A stretch of 64,000 nt of DNA. Origin: Thraustochytrium aureum (Eukaryota). The stretch is taken from the NCBI GenBank assembly GCA_012862495.1, contig BLSG01000197.1, positions 124,591-188,590 of the forward strand, given 5' to 3'. Position 1 is the stretch's first letter. Every line of letters starts with the position of its first letter. The notes below the pieces were generated by a model, which was given only the letters and a program-made list of their open reading frames with translations, searched no databases and was not told the origin of the DNA. This document shows, piece after piece, positions 1-12,032 of the stretch. The position numbers were made by a program, and so were the translations under genes.

Positions 1-136
1 TCAAGTCAAGCGACCGAGGGACTGACCTCGCCCTGCTCCCGCTCAGGCCCGACCGGGCCAACTACGCGTCGCCCGAAAACAGTTCAAGCCGCCGTCGAAG
101 ATGCCAGCTGCTGCCCCGAAGCGCAGCGCAGTCGCC

Positions 137-138
137 GG

Positions 139-178
<40 letters not shown>

Positions 179-179
179 C
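137..179. repeat. (GGCA)n tetranucleotide microsatellite
   Basis: About 10.75 perfect GGCA units read directly. The same unit occurs on the other strand as (CCTG)n at ~51596-51645. Confidence 0.95.
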
Positions 180-606
180 GCCCAGATCTTGTGCAAATCC
201 AATCTTGCTCGAGATTGAAAGAAATCAAGATCAATGAGATTGGTACGAGCGATTGGTGATGGCTTCGTTGATCGGTGGTGCGGCCGTGAATCGCGACGGG
301 AGCAGAATGGGAGACGGTGACGGCGGCGACGCGCCCACAATCCCGCGCGAGGACTGCGCAGCAGCAACTGGTGCCGCGAAGGAACTGGGTGGGCTTCGTG
401 GGTGCTGCGCGACGCTTTCGGTTTTGCTGCGGGCTTGGCGTCTGGAGAGGACCGCCACCGCGTGGGGAAAGTCGACGGCAAAGACGACAAGGTGGCCCAA
501 GCAGAGCTCGCAGTTGAGTCTCCACTCTCTGGGGCTCTCCGCTCGTTGACACGTCGGCACCGGGCGAAGAAGCGCCGCTATTGGCCAATCCTGAGCGCCG
601 GTTGGG

Positions 607-1780
607 ATGGCCAAGGCGAGCATCGGTCACGAAAGCATGTGGATAGAAGGGTTTTCGCCGAAGAAGGTTTGGCTGGCATGTGTCGGTCTTAGCTTCCTTG
701 GCATTCTGGCGTCGCGCGTGTCTATCGAGGAAAGCACCTGGGGCGCTGCGCCGTTGGTGAAGAGGTGGATAGCCCCACCCCACACGAACACGCGGGGCAA
801 GTTGTTGGTCGCGCCGGCTGCCGTCCCGCTGACTCGCGGAGCGAAAGCCAGAAAACCCCGCCGAAGCGCACGGAGAGCGACACAGACAACAGCGCCAAGA
901 CAAGCGGCGCGGTCACACTGCACTATATAGGAGCAGACGACCTGCCTGCCGGGGACGGGGACTGCTACGCGGAGGCCGCCAAGCACGTCCNNNNNNNNNN
1001 NNNNNNNNNNNNNNNNNNNNNNNNNNNNNNNNNNNNNNNNNNNNNNNNNNNNNNNNNNNNNNNNNNNNNNNNNNNNNNNNNNNNNNNNNNNNNNNNNNNN
1101 NNNNNNNNNNNNNNNNNNNNNNNNNNNNNNNNNNNNNNNNNNNNNNNNNNNNNNNNNNNNNNNNNNNNNNNNNNNNNNNNNNNNNNNNNNNNNNNNNNNN
1201 NNNNNNNNNNNNNNNNNNNNNNNNNNNNNNNNNNNNNNNNNNNNNNNNNNNNNNNNNNNNNNNNNNNNNNNNNNNNNNNNNNNNNNNNNNNNNNNNNNNN
1301 NNNNNNNNNNNNNNNNNNNNNNNNNNNNNNNNNNNNNNNNNNNNNNNNNNNNNNNNNNNNNNNNNNNNNNNNNNNNNNNNNNNNNNNNNNNNNNNNNNNN
1401 NNNNNNNNNNNNNNNNNNNNNNNNNNNNNNNNNNNNNNNNNNNNNNNNNNNNNNNNNNNNNNNNNNNNNNNNNNNNNNNNNNNNNNNNNNNNNNNNNNNN
1501 NNNNNNNNNNNNNNNNNNNNNNNNNNNNNNGTTCGTCGGCGTGGGGCGCGACCACTTTGAGAGCAGGATCTCGCCCGAGTTCGTAGCTTCGTTTAGGTCC
1601 CATCGAGGAACCTATTCTGGCCGAAAATGGTCGACGCAGCAGGCGACGTATTTTTCCAAATCCGTGCGGCACAGCCCTGTCGTCGTCGAGGCCTTCCACA
1701 CGTTTGGGTACACTGACGATCCAGTTCAGCCTTGGAAGCGCCGCGGGGTGTGCCTCGAGCAACCTTTTCTTCGCGTTTAA
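607..1780 (+). CDS. Putative type II membrane protein, tandem copy A (frameshift at ~780-900 plus N gap)
   Basis: ATG at 607 and an N-terminal hydrophobic segment (VWLACVGLSFLGILA). Reading then shifts to the 765 frame, TLHYIGADDLPAGDGDCYAEAAKH. After the gap it ends ...RDHFESRISPEF...PWKRRGVCLEQPFLRV* at 1780. It is collinear with copy B. Confidence 0.65.
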
Positions 1781-2925
1781 GGCGCCAAACGCAGTAGCGA
1801 TGCCAGCCCAAGCTAATTGATGGACTCCATGTGATTGGGGTTGTTGCTGCGCTGCGCTAAAACAGACGGAAGGCCTGACCGACCTGATCTCAAAGGGATG
1901 AACGAAACGGCGTTGCCGAACCCACCAAGGTTCGGCAGCACCAACAGGGTCGTCTCGCTGCGCCACGGAGGCGGCTGGCTGGAGGGGACCCAGCCCAGCC
2001 CCACAAGGACCGGGAGCCAAATGCGACTTGCCACTCAGGCCCACCTCCGCAGTAGGCCAGATCATTACCATCGTGACCAGCTGTGCGGCAGAGTTCTCGG
2101 GGCCTCGCTTCACAGTCCACCCGGAGGGAGCGTATTCAAACTTGCCGCGCTGCAGCCTCGTAAGGACAGGGGGCAAGAACGTCATACTCTAGCTCCACCA
2201 GTCCACGCAGAGAGTCTTCGTAGCACCTTTGGCATGCAACCCCTTTGGGACCCCGAGGTGGCGCCGAGGCTCTGCTCTTCCATTCCTCCGCGCATGAGCG
2301 CCCTCTGGCAAGAGAGTGGAGACCTCGTCGCGAGCGCGCGCCCCTCGCTCGACGGCAAGGATGCTGATCATCATCATGTCGGCACGTAAGTACTCTAGCT
2401 AGAGTACTCTACTTACGTACGAAAAGGAGACCAATGGAGCAGACGGCCCAAGGGACCAAAGGCGACCAAAGAGAGCCGACCCGTGAGGGCCAAGACGTGA
2501 CTCCCAAAACACGAACGCGTGGACAAATGTTTCCTGACGCGGTGAAACTGCGCTCTTGCCTTGCTCGCCACGAGGAACAACCACCAGGTTTTGTAACCGC
2601 AGCACACAACATCGTTCGTATTAGTCAAACTATTTGGAGTACTTAGTACTCACTCTGCTTCTGCTTCATCAGAGTCCATAACCCAAAGCAGTGCGGCAGC
2701 GCGCTGGCAACGAAGAGGAGAGCGAGGCGCGTATTGGTTGGGCTTGGACCGTCGCTTCGAATCGGGACTGCGAGTAGGGCTAGATCGCCGGTGACAAAGG
2801 CGAACCACTGGCAGCGAGCGCTGATGCCCCCAGCCCCCGACCGGCCTAGACCTTTGGACAACCTCGACGAAAAAGCTCGGCCGCTCTGCGGCACTCGAGG
2901 TGGCCTCGCCTGACGGAAGGTTGGG

Positions 2926-4154
2926 ATGACCAAGGACGACCTTGGCCATAAACACGCGCGGAACCAAGGTCTTTCGCTAAAGACCACTATCTGGCTCACA
3001 TGCCTTGGGCTCTGCTGTACTGGGATGGTCATGTGGCGGCTTTCCGGAGACGACGTCACCTGGGACTTTGCTCCAGTCACGAAAATATGGATCTCATCCT
3101 CTAGTATCGGGCCCGTCAAAGAGAGCGGCATTCTCGCGCAGAGCGGCACTGCTGACAACAGCACCCAGACAAGCGACGCGTTCACACTGCACTATATAAC
3201 AGCAGACGACCTGCCTGCCGGTGATGGGGACTGCTACGCGGAGGCCGCCAAGCACATTCNNNNNNNNNNNNNNNNNNNNNNNNNNNNNNNNNNNNNNNNN
3301 NNNNNNNNNNNNNNNNNNNNNNNNNNNNNNNNNNNNNNNNNNNNNNNNNNNNNNNNNNNNNNNNNNNNNNNNNNNNNNNNNNNNNNNNNNNNNNNNNNNN
3401 NNNNNNNNNNNNNNNNNNNNNNNNNNNNNNNNNNNNNNNNNNNNNNNNNNNNNNNNNNNNNNNNNNNNNNNNNNNNNNNNNNNNNNNNNNNNNNNNNNNN
3501 NNNNNNNNNNNNNNNNNNNNNNNNNNNNNNNNNNNNNNNNNNNNNNNNNNNNNNNNNNNNNNNNNNNNNNNNNNNNNNNNNNNNNNNNNNNNNNNNNNNN
3601 NNNNNNNNNNNNNNNNNNNNNNNNNNNNNNNNNNNNNNNNNNNNNNNNNNNNNNNNNNNNNNNNNNNNNNNNNNNNNNNNNNNNNNNNNNNNNNNNNNNN
3701 NNNNNNNNNNNNNNNNNNNNNNNNNNNNNNNNNNNNNNNNNNNNNNNNNNNNNNNNNNNNNNNNNNNNNNNNNNNNNNNNNNNNNNNNNNNNNNNNNNNN
3801 NNNNNNNNNNNNNNNNNNNNNNNNNNNNNNNNNNNNNNNNNNNNNNNNNNNNNNNNNNNNNNNNNNNNNNNNNNNNNNNNNNNNNNNNNNNNNNNNNNTT
3901 TCGTCGGCGTGGAGCGCGACCACTTTGAGAGCAGGATCTCGTCCGAGTTTATTCAATTGTTTGGGACTCATCGAAGAACCTATTCTGGTCGAAAGTGGGA
4001 CACGCAGCAGGCGACGTATTTTTCCAAATCCGTGCGGCAAAGTCAAATCGTGGTCGAGGCCTTCCGCACGTTTGGGTACATTGACGACGCTGTTCGGCCA
4101 TGGAAGCGCCGCGGGGTGTGCCTCGAGCAACCTTTTCTCCGTGCCCAAATCTAA
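2926..4154 (+). CDS. Putative type II membrane protein, tandem copy B (N gap in the middle)
   Basis: MTKDDLGHK... with a TM (IWLTCLGLCCTGMVMW), then TLHYITADDLPAGDGDCYAEAAKH, the gap, and ...RDHFESRISSEF...PWKRRGVCLEQPFLRAQI*. Same start context as copy A (gttgggATG). Confidence 0.7.
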
Positions 4155-4672
4155 AACAGTACAACTCTGCTTGCATGGTTGTTGCAATTCAATCAAACGA
4201 CACAAGAATGCCGCTTCCGTCTCGATGGACGCGTCGCTTCAGCGAGCGAGCAACCACGTGCGGCCTAGTTTTGATTTCTCGATGCTCCTGAGGTGTCCCA
4301 AAACCCAAGTGTCTGAACGGAGCAAGTGCTCGCTCGGGGATGCAAGTCGGCAGTACCTACGGTACCAGCTCGGCGTCAGAACTCAGCTCCCCTCGGCGCC
4401 CCAAAGTGCATCAGAAGCAGGCAGGCAGCAGGGAGGCCATCATGAGGACAGCCCGACGAATACGAACAAGGCGAACACTCGCAACTGCAAAATCTTGCGA
4501 GCAAGAGCAGACCCCATTTGCCTCTCTCTCTCTCCTCGTCGAGCGAGTCTGCGCAGCCGAGCGCCGCGGCAGGCCGGGTGAAGGCTGTTTGATCAAGAGC
4601 GGCTCGCTAGGCTTGCAGTCGAGGCAGGGGCAGTGGCGCTCGGGCTGTACGCGGCGCCTGGCAGCTGGCGCG

Positions 4673-7600
4673 ATGCTCAAGCGCTTCAACTTTTTCACCA
4701 ACACCGAAGCCCGCGTTGCGTGGCCGAACGGCGTCGGGTCCGCGGACGACGAGGGCAGCAGGAACGCTGCCCCCAAAGAGCCTGAAAATGCCTTAGATAG
4801 GCTGCCGCCTCTCGTGGGCGTCGCTGGCGGGGCCTCGCGGTTGCTCGTCTTGGCCGACGAGCTAGGCGGCCTGACCTGCGTGAACCGCCGCCTCAATGTG
4901 TGTGGCCGTGTACAGGCCCACGCCCACAGGGTCAACGTCGTGCATCAGCTCAAGTCGCAGGCCATCGTCGTTTCTGTTGGAGAGGGCCCAACCGCCGACA
5001 GCGCGGGCGGGAGCGCGACCACGCTGGACTGCGAGGTGCGCATCTGGAACTTGACGCGCGAAAGGGCCCCAGCAGCAGAGCCTGGGGCCTTTGAGCGGCG
5101 GGACGAGCGAGCGCGGCTTGGGTTGCTCAGGACATTTACGCTGGGCAGCGTGTTGGCCAAGGAGAAGAGCAAACCGTATTGGGCCGGAGATGGCGGACGA
5201 GAGGCAAGGTTCACCTGGCCCGTCGTCACGTGCTTGGACGTTGCGGAGGACCTTTCGCAGCTGGCACTAGGGTTTTCGGACGGCCACGTCATTCTTATTC
5301 GTGCAGACCCGTTTGCAAGCACTGGCACGCTCAGCAGCCTGATTCCAGGCGCAGTTGCTGCTGCGGCGACGTCCGCAACGGCTAGCGCCACGTCGGCTGC
5401 CCCGCCACAGGCGGCGGGGCACACGAGCGACGAAGCGCGCAAGGCTTCGAGCCAAAACACCATCTTGCAAGAGAGAGGCTTGCTCTACACGACGCTGCAG
5501 ACGTTCCAGAACGTGGGGAGGGCGCAAGTGACGGGGCTCGGCTTTGCGTTCCAGCCGGACGAATCCCTCTGGCTCTGGGTCGCCACGGAGCGCAACCTCC
5601 GCTCGTACCACACCAACAAGGTTGTGCACTCCACCCCGTCGACGATGAGACCGACCTTTTCCAAGTCCCCACGCCTGGGCGACGTCGCCCCCGGCCCGGA
5701 ACTGGACTCGGAAGGTTGCGCACCGCACTTGTGCTGCTTGGCGCAGCCACCAGTGGCCGCCTCGCGTTTGCCCTCGCAGGCGTCATTTTCCTCTCTTTTG
5801 GCTGGCGACGGTGCGAGCGGTCGGCCAAGCCGCGCAGGAGGCGGCGGCGACGCCTCCCTGGCGGTCGCGAGCGAACCGAGGTGGAAGGATCAATTTGTCA
5901 TGGCAAAGGCGGACCGTGTGGAGTTTTTCGGCCCGGAAGACCCCGCCTCCGTGTACGCCGTCGTTGGGGACAAACGGCGCTTGGCTTGGTTTCGAAACTA
6001 CTTGGTCGTCGTCACCAGCGGCACTGGCAACCTGCTCGCCGCCTCGCCCGCTGGCCAGCGCCAGCACTTGGGTGAAGATGCTGATGACAGCTCTTCCGGG
6101 GCTGCAACGCGCGGGTCGCACTTGGAGCGCAAGAAAGACCTTCTTCAATTGTACGACTTCCGCAACAAGTTTATCGCAGCAAGCATCCCGCTACGCGACG
6201 AAGGCGTTGGTTCTGTTGCATTCGTCGCGCACCAATGGGGCAAGCTTGTGGTCTTCACTTCCACACGTCGCGTGTTCCTCCTCAAGGAGAAAGACACGCA
6301 GACGAAGCTGAACGACCTGTTCAGGCGCAATCTCTTCGGCACGGCAATCTCTTTGGCCGTTTCTTCGGGCTCGCCTGAGGACCAGGTCAAGGAGATCCAC
6401 AAAATGTACGGCGACCACCTGTACGCGAAAGGCAGCTTTGACGATGCCGTTGCGCAGTACGCGCGCACGGTGGGCCACGTCAAGCCGTCGTACGTCATCC
6501 GGCGCTTTCTCGACTCGCAGCGCATCGAAAACCTCACCACGTACCTTGAGACGCTTCACACGCAGCCCGGCCTCGTGCCGAGCGGCGACCACACTACCCT
6601 TCTCCTGAATTGCTACACCAAGCAGAAGAGCGAGGCCAAGCTCGAGGCGTTTGTTAAAAACACGTCGCTTACGAGCGCGATCGACGTTCCCTCGGCGGTC
6701 GGCGTGCTGCGCAGCGCTCGTTACTTCGCGTACGCGCTGCACCTGGCACGCGAGCACGCGCAGCACGCCTTGGTATTGCGCATCCTGCTGGAAGACACCA
6801 ACCAGCAAGAGCACGCCCTCGCATATCTTCGCGGCCTGTCGGTCCCCCTTGCTGCGACCTACTTAACCGAGTACGGCAAGTCTCTCATGGCGGGCCTGGC
6901 GGACAAGACCACGGTTGCCCTCGAAGACCTTTGCTGCCGCCCAGAGGCGTGGGCGGCATCGGATTCTGGCACCCAGGCGTCCCCGGACAAGGGCAGTCGC
7001 ACGCACAACGGGGCCGAGCAGCAGGGGAGCGGCAGCGACGAGGACCGCCCTCGCGCTGACCAGTTTGTGCACATTTTCGTCGACCACCCCGAGCACTTGC
7101 GCCGGTTTCTGCGCTGCACCGTCGAGGTTGGCAACGGGGAGCTCGCGTCGCCCCTCGTTTGGAATACATATCTCGAGTTGGTCTTGCGGCAAACAAACCC
7201 GCGCAATGAGCCCGACGCGGATCGCCGAGGCGCCGCGGAGGACCAGGCGATGGCGGTCTTACGCAACCCCGCTGCGCGCTACGACGCCCACCAGGCCTTG
7301 GTACTTGTGCAGTCGAGCGAGTTTCGCAAGGGGCAGCTTTACCTCTTTGAGCGCCTCCAAATGTACCACATGCTGATCAGGTATTACATGGAGGTCGGGG
7401 ACGGGGCCGCTGTGCTTGCGAAATGCAAAACGTATGGGGCCAAGGACCCAAACCTCTGGGTCCAAGTCCTCATGATTTTGCGACGGGGAGTCGGGCAACG
7501 CCAACGAGCGCGAGATCCACGAGGTCCTCCACCACATCGAGCGTCTGCGGATCCTCCCGCCGCTCTCTGTGCTCGAGATCCTCTCTGCCAACGAAAAGAT

Positions 7601-8122
7601 CACGCTCTCCACGATCCGGCCGTATATCATGAGCCAGCTTGGCGGCTCCCAGCGCCTGATCGACGAGCACGCCGCTGCAATCGAGCACCTGCGCCAAGAC
7701 ACTGAGACCATGAAGCGCGAGATCCACGATCTGCGCACGCAGCCCAAGGTTTTTCACAGCACAAAGTGCAACTTGACCGGAGCGCCGCTCGAGGTTCCGA
7801 CTGTGCACTTTCTATCCGGCAACTCGTACAACCTCTCAAGCTTGCCAGGTGGCTCCACCGCCGCAGACGTGGCCGCCGCGGCAACGGCCAAGTCAAACGG
7901 CCCCGCGCCAAATAACAAGATGCTCGAAGACCCCAAATGCGCCGCGGAGCAGCAGTCTGTGGCAGACATTATGCACAAGCTCGAGCAGAATGCGACCACT
8001 GTTGACGAGGAGTTTTTCAACCAGCTCGAGATCTCGCAGGACGGCTTTGCCACAGTGGCAGAGTACTTTTCAAAGTGTTTGTTCGAGCCGCCCAGCGCCT
8101 CGACGGCCCGCACGCCAGAGCG
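4673..8122 (+). CDS. VPS11: Vacuolar protein sorting 11 (HOPS/CORVET core subunit); frameshift at ~7475-7490; stop probably in the gap 8123-8279
   Basis: Starts MLKRFNFF. N-terminal propeller (WFRNYLVVV, LYDFRNKFIA), then the VPS11 signature YGDHLYAKGSFDDAVAQYARTVGHVKPSYVIRRFLDSQRIENLTTYLE and DHTTLLLNCYTK. A clathrin-like solenoid follows, then the 7569 frame gives a RING-like region and the VPS11_C tail (FFNQLEISQDGFATVAEYFSK). Confidence 0.93.
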
Positions 8123-8379
8123 NNNNNNNNNNNNNNNNNNNNNNNNNNNNNNNNNNNNNNNNNNNNNNNNNNNNNNNNNNNNNNNNNNNNNNNNNNNNNN
8201 NNNNNNNNNNNNNNNNNNNNNNNNNNNNNNNNNNNNNNNNNNNNNNNNNNNNNNNNNNNNNNNNNNNNNNNNNNNNNNNCTGACTTTGTGCAGCATGGCG
8301 GCGACCCGCAGCCCAAGCATGGCGTTGAGCACAGGGAGCACGCGACGTTCTCGTCGCCTGCTAACCCGTTCCTTTGATC

Positions 8380-8670
8380 GCGGTGATCCATGGTGTGATT
8401 GGGTTGACTCTCTAGCGGAGGCGAGTCTAGACGCTTCCTCCTTTGGCTGCCCGTGACGAGACATCTCGGCGCGTGACGGAGACCGCGCGCTGGAGAGCCC
8501 CCAGGGCCGGTCTGGCGACCAAAAGTCTGAAATTCATGATGGCGAAGAGCTTGATCCAAGACGAATGATGATGGCCTTGCGATGTTGGTTGACACGACAC
8601 GCCCGTGACGAACTTGTAACGATCAGCCGCGGATCGAAATAGTGGAACAACTTCCTCGTCAAGAAACAGC
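8380..8670 (+). repeat. Degenerate dispersed repeat, copy 1 (probable transposon remnant)
   Basis: Aligns by eye to the reverse complement of ~36590-36890. Shared blocks include catctc.gcgcg.gacggag, gatggcgaaga, atggccttgcgatgttg and ccgcggatcgaaatagt. Confidence 0.75.
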
Positions 8671-8868
8671 CCGCTTAGGGGGTCGCGTGGCCGAGAGCGA
8701 GCGGATTGATTCAACGAGCACGTTCTAGTTAAAGCTTTTCCTTTACAATGTCAGTGAGCGGACAAGCCGAGTCCACTTGGCAAGGCCATGGCGCTGCAAG
8801 CCGCCCGTCACTTGGCGCCGTCAGCGGGCTTCAAGCTGCCCGTCACAAGAGCTCTTGGCGGGGTGCGC

Positions 8869-9066
8869 TTAGACGAGCCCGCGCGAGGCGCCGGTGCGGG
8901 GTGCGCCGCTCCCCGTGAGGTCGGCGTCACCAACCAGCGAGGTCTCTGCGCCTTTCTGTTGCTCCGCAGCGCGCTCGGCAGCGGCCTTGGCCGCAGCAGC
9001 AAATTCCTTTGCTTGCAGCTCCGCGGCCACCGCGGCGGCCTCCATCTCCGCTTGCAGCTCAAAGTT
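8869..9066 (-). CDS. 3' end of a hypothetical alanine/glutamate-rich coiled-coil protein; the rest lies in the gap 9067-9714
   Basis: NFELQAEMEAAAVAAELQAKEFAAAAKAAAERAAEQQK...RGLV* reads like a coding coiled coil. Only a short fragment is visible. Confidence 0.4.
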   Translation of the reverse strand, partial: NFELQAEMEAAAVAAELQAKEFAAAAKAAAERAAEQQKGAETSLVGDADLTGSGAPRTGASRGLV

Positions 9067-9888
9067 NNNNNNNNNNNNNNNNNNNNNNNNNNNNNNNNNN
9101 NNNNNNNNNNNNNNNNNNNNNNNNNNNNNNNNNNNNNNNNNNNNNNNNNNNNNNNNNNNNNNNNNNNNNNNNNNNNNNNNNNNNNNNNNNNNNNNNNNNN
9201 NNNNNNNNNNNNNNNNNNNNNNNNNNNNNNNNNNNNNNNNNNNNNNNNNNNNNNNNNNNNNNNNNNNNNNNNNNNNNNNNNNNNNNNNNNNNNNNNNNNN
9301 NNNNNNNNNNNNNNNNNNNNNNNNNNNNNNNNNNNNNNNNNNNNNNNNNNNNNNNNNNNNNNNNNNNNNNNNNNNNNNNNNNNNNNNNNNNNNNNNNNNN
9401 NNNNNNNNNNNNNNNNNNNNNNNNNNNNNNNNNNNNNNNNNNNNNNNNNNNNNNNNNNNNNNNNNNNNNNNNNNNNNNNNNNNNNNNNNNNNNNNNNNNN
9501 NNNNNNNNNNNNNNNNNNNNNNNNNNNNNNNNNNNNNNNNNNNNNNNNNNNNNNNNNNNNNNNNNNNNNNNNNNNNNNNNNNNNNNNNNNNNNNNNNNNN
9601 NNNNNNNNNNNNNNNNNNNNNNNNNNNNNNNNNNNNNNNNNNNNNNNNNNNNNNNNNNNNNNNNNNNNNNNNNNNNNNNNNNNNNNNNNNNNNNNNNNNN
9701 NNNNNNNNNNNNNNGGAGCTGCCTGCGCTCGCCATTTGATTGCCTCGGCGCATCGGGAGCAAGTGGGCTTGCCCGCCGTGCCCGCCTGCCGCTCGCAACG
9801 CGCTTGGCTTGGGGAGCCTCAGCCCGGCGAGGCTGACCGCTGCCCCCGCGGCTGGCGGTTGGCGCCTGGAGCGGGCTGCGTTTGCCGG

Positions 9889-11807
9889 ATGCAGCGCGTT
9901 GTTTGGGGCCGTGTCCGGCCAAGAGTGTCCCTGAATGTTGCCCGAAACAACAAGGGCCTGGCGCGGCGGCGGCTCTCGACGAAAGACGGCGAACTCGGGG
10001 ACAGCGCAGCGACTGCCGGCGCAGAACAGAAAGCGCGGCTCACGGGGCCCCGGGCGGTAGCAGATAGCTCAAATGCGAGCCAGCGCGTAAAGCAAGCCGC
10101 AGAGACGATCAAAAACGGGAGCGGCAAACAGATCGCAGGACCCTCCTCAGCGCCTCGCTCGACCTCCTCCCTGCCAGGCGCATCCAAGAGTGGCGCGAAG
10201 GCCCCGCCGTCGTCCCCACCCCAGCCCCCGCCACAAACCCCGCCTGGCGCAGCAGATGCAACACCACAGTGGTGGAACCAGTTTCGAGCCCAGCTGGACG
10301 GCCTCACCGTCGAAGAAGTGTTTGCCTCTCTCCGCGGCGTCATACGAAAACCACAGGTCCCAATAATACCGCAGGGGCAAACGCAGTCGTACGAAGCGCT
10401 CCGCGACACGATCAGGCGCCTTGACCAGTCCATGCAGTACAAGGAGTATCACACGTTGCGCTGGAGTGCCGGGCTCGGCGCACTCGTGTTCTGGCTCATG
10501 TACGTCTACAGGGACGAGGTGAAGATGTGGTTTGGCACTACCAGTGCCGACATCACCAGCAGGACCCTTGGCGACTTGGCGGTGCAGCGAGAAGCCCAAA
10601 ACCTAGCCCAGGGCGTCGTGTACCAGCTCCTGAACGACGCCCACGCGCTGCGGCTCACCACCGAGTTTCTCAACCAGCTCCTGGAGCGCGAGCACACACG
10701 ACGCGCAGTAATCGACTTGCTCGCGAGCGTCTCGGCGCGCCAAGAAACGCAAGAGATGCTGCACAACCTCTTTGTCCGCATTCTCACCTCGCCCGAGTTT
10801 GTCACCCAGGCGAGCGCTTTTTTCCAGGACGTGCTTCAGCGCGAGTCGACAGTGATTGCGCTACGCAACCTGTTTACCAGCTTGTACGCAGACCCCGCGT
10901 CGCAGCGCGTCACGGCCGAGTTCTTCCAGAGTGTCATGAACACGGACACGTTCCGGGACACGGTGGCCCAGCTCGGCGCCGACACCGCGCACAGCGTGAT
11001 GAACGACCCGGAAGTCTCCAAGAGGGCGGTCGTCTGGATCAACTCTGTTCTCGGCGAGCCTGACCTGCATTCAAAGGCCGGCGATGCCATCTGGGGGGCA
11101 ATCACTTCGACCTTCATTCCGGGCTTCCTAGGCGGCGGTGGGGCTCGGGCAGCAGCCAAGGTCAAAAAGGACATTGTTGATATCGACGAGACCATGGCGG
11201 CCCTTCGGATGGACAAGGACCGGGCCGCGGCGGCCGACAAACCTGTCAAGCCGGAGAAGCCGCAGGACGAGGAGCCCGCGCNNNNNNNNNNNNNNNNNNN
11301 NNNNNNNNNNNNNNNNNNNNNNNNNNNNNNNNNNNNNNNNNNNNNNNNNNNNNNNNNNNNNNNNNNNNNNNNNNNNNNNNNNNNNNNNNNNNNNNNNNNN
11401 NNNNNNNNNNNNNNNNNNNNNNNNNNNNNNNNGACCCTCTCCAGCCCTTTCGCTCGGACAGCCAGGACCAGAGATCAACAGCGCCCTCGCCAACAGCTAC
11501 TGCGGCAAAGCCAGCTCCACCAGCCTCCGGCGGGACAAAGATTGACGGGGACGAAACGCGAACACAAGCTGCGGTTACCGTGGTGCAACCGCACCCCGAC
11601 ACCGGCGGTGCAGTCGTCATCACTGCCTCGGAACCCGCTGTGCGGCTGAGCGAAAGCGCAGGCTCGCAAACGGCTTCCCCAGGCGAGCCGAGTGCCGAGT
11701 CGCCATTGCCAAAGGAAGTAGTCAAGGTTGCAAAGAAGCCAGGCGCAATCATCATCGACCTGGAGGGCTCGTCGGCCTCCGCGATGGCGCGTGAGAGCGC
11801 CCCTTAG
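9889..11807 (+). CDS. Hypothetical single-pass membrane protein, probably mitochondrial, with a helical-repeat domain
   Basis: Arg-rich, acid-free N-terminus (MQRVVWGRVRPRVSLNVARNNKGLARRRLST), a Pro/Ser linker, one TM (WSAGLGALVFWLMYVY) and a long amphipathic helical region. After the gap it probably continues in the 11580 frame to the stop at 11807. Confidence 0.7.
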
Positions 11808-12032
11808 CTAGAGTTTGGGGGCCCAGCCCGATTCGCCTGGCCGGCTCGTAGAGAGTTTCGTTCAGGGAACACGATCTAACCGTCTTAGGATTTTCTTTTT
11901 GTTTCATGTAGAGTACACATCAAGAACCAGTACGCCACACGGCAGCAGTAACACCTCTGCTCTCTCAAGAGCAACGCCGCGAGGCGAGCGGCATCATCAG
12001 CTCACACGGGGCCGCCCCGCTTTCGAGTCGAG

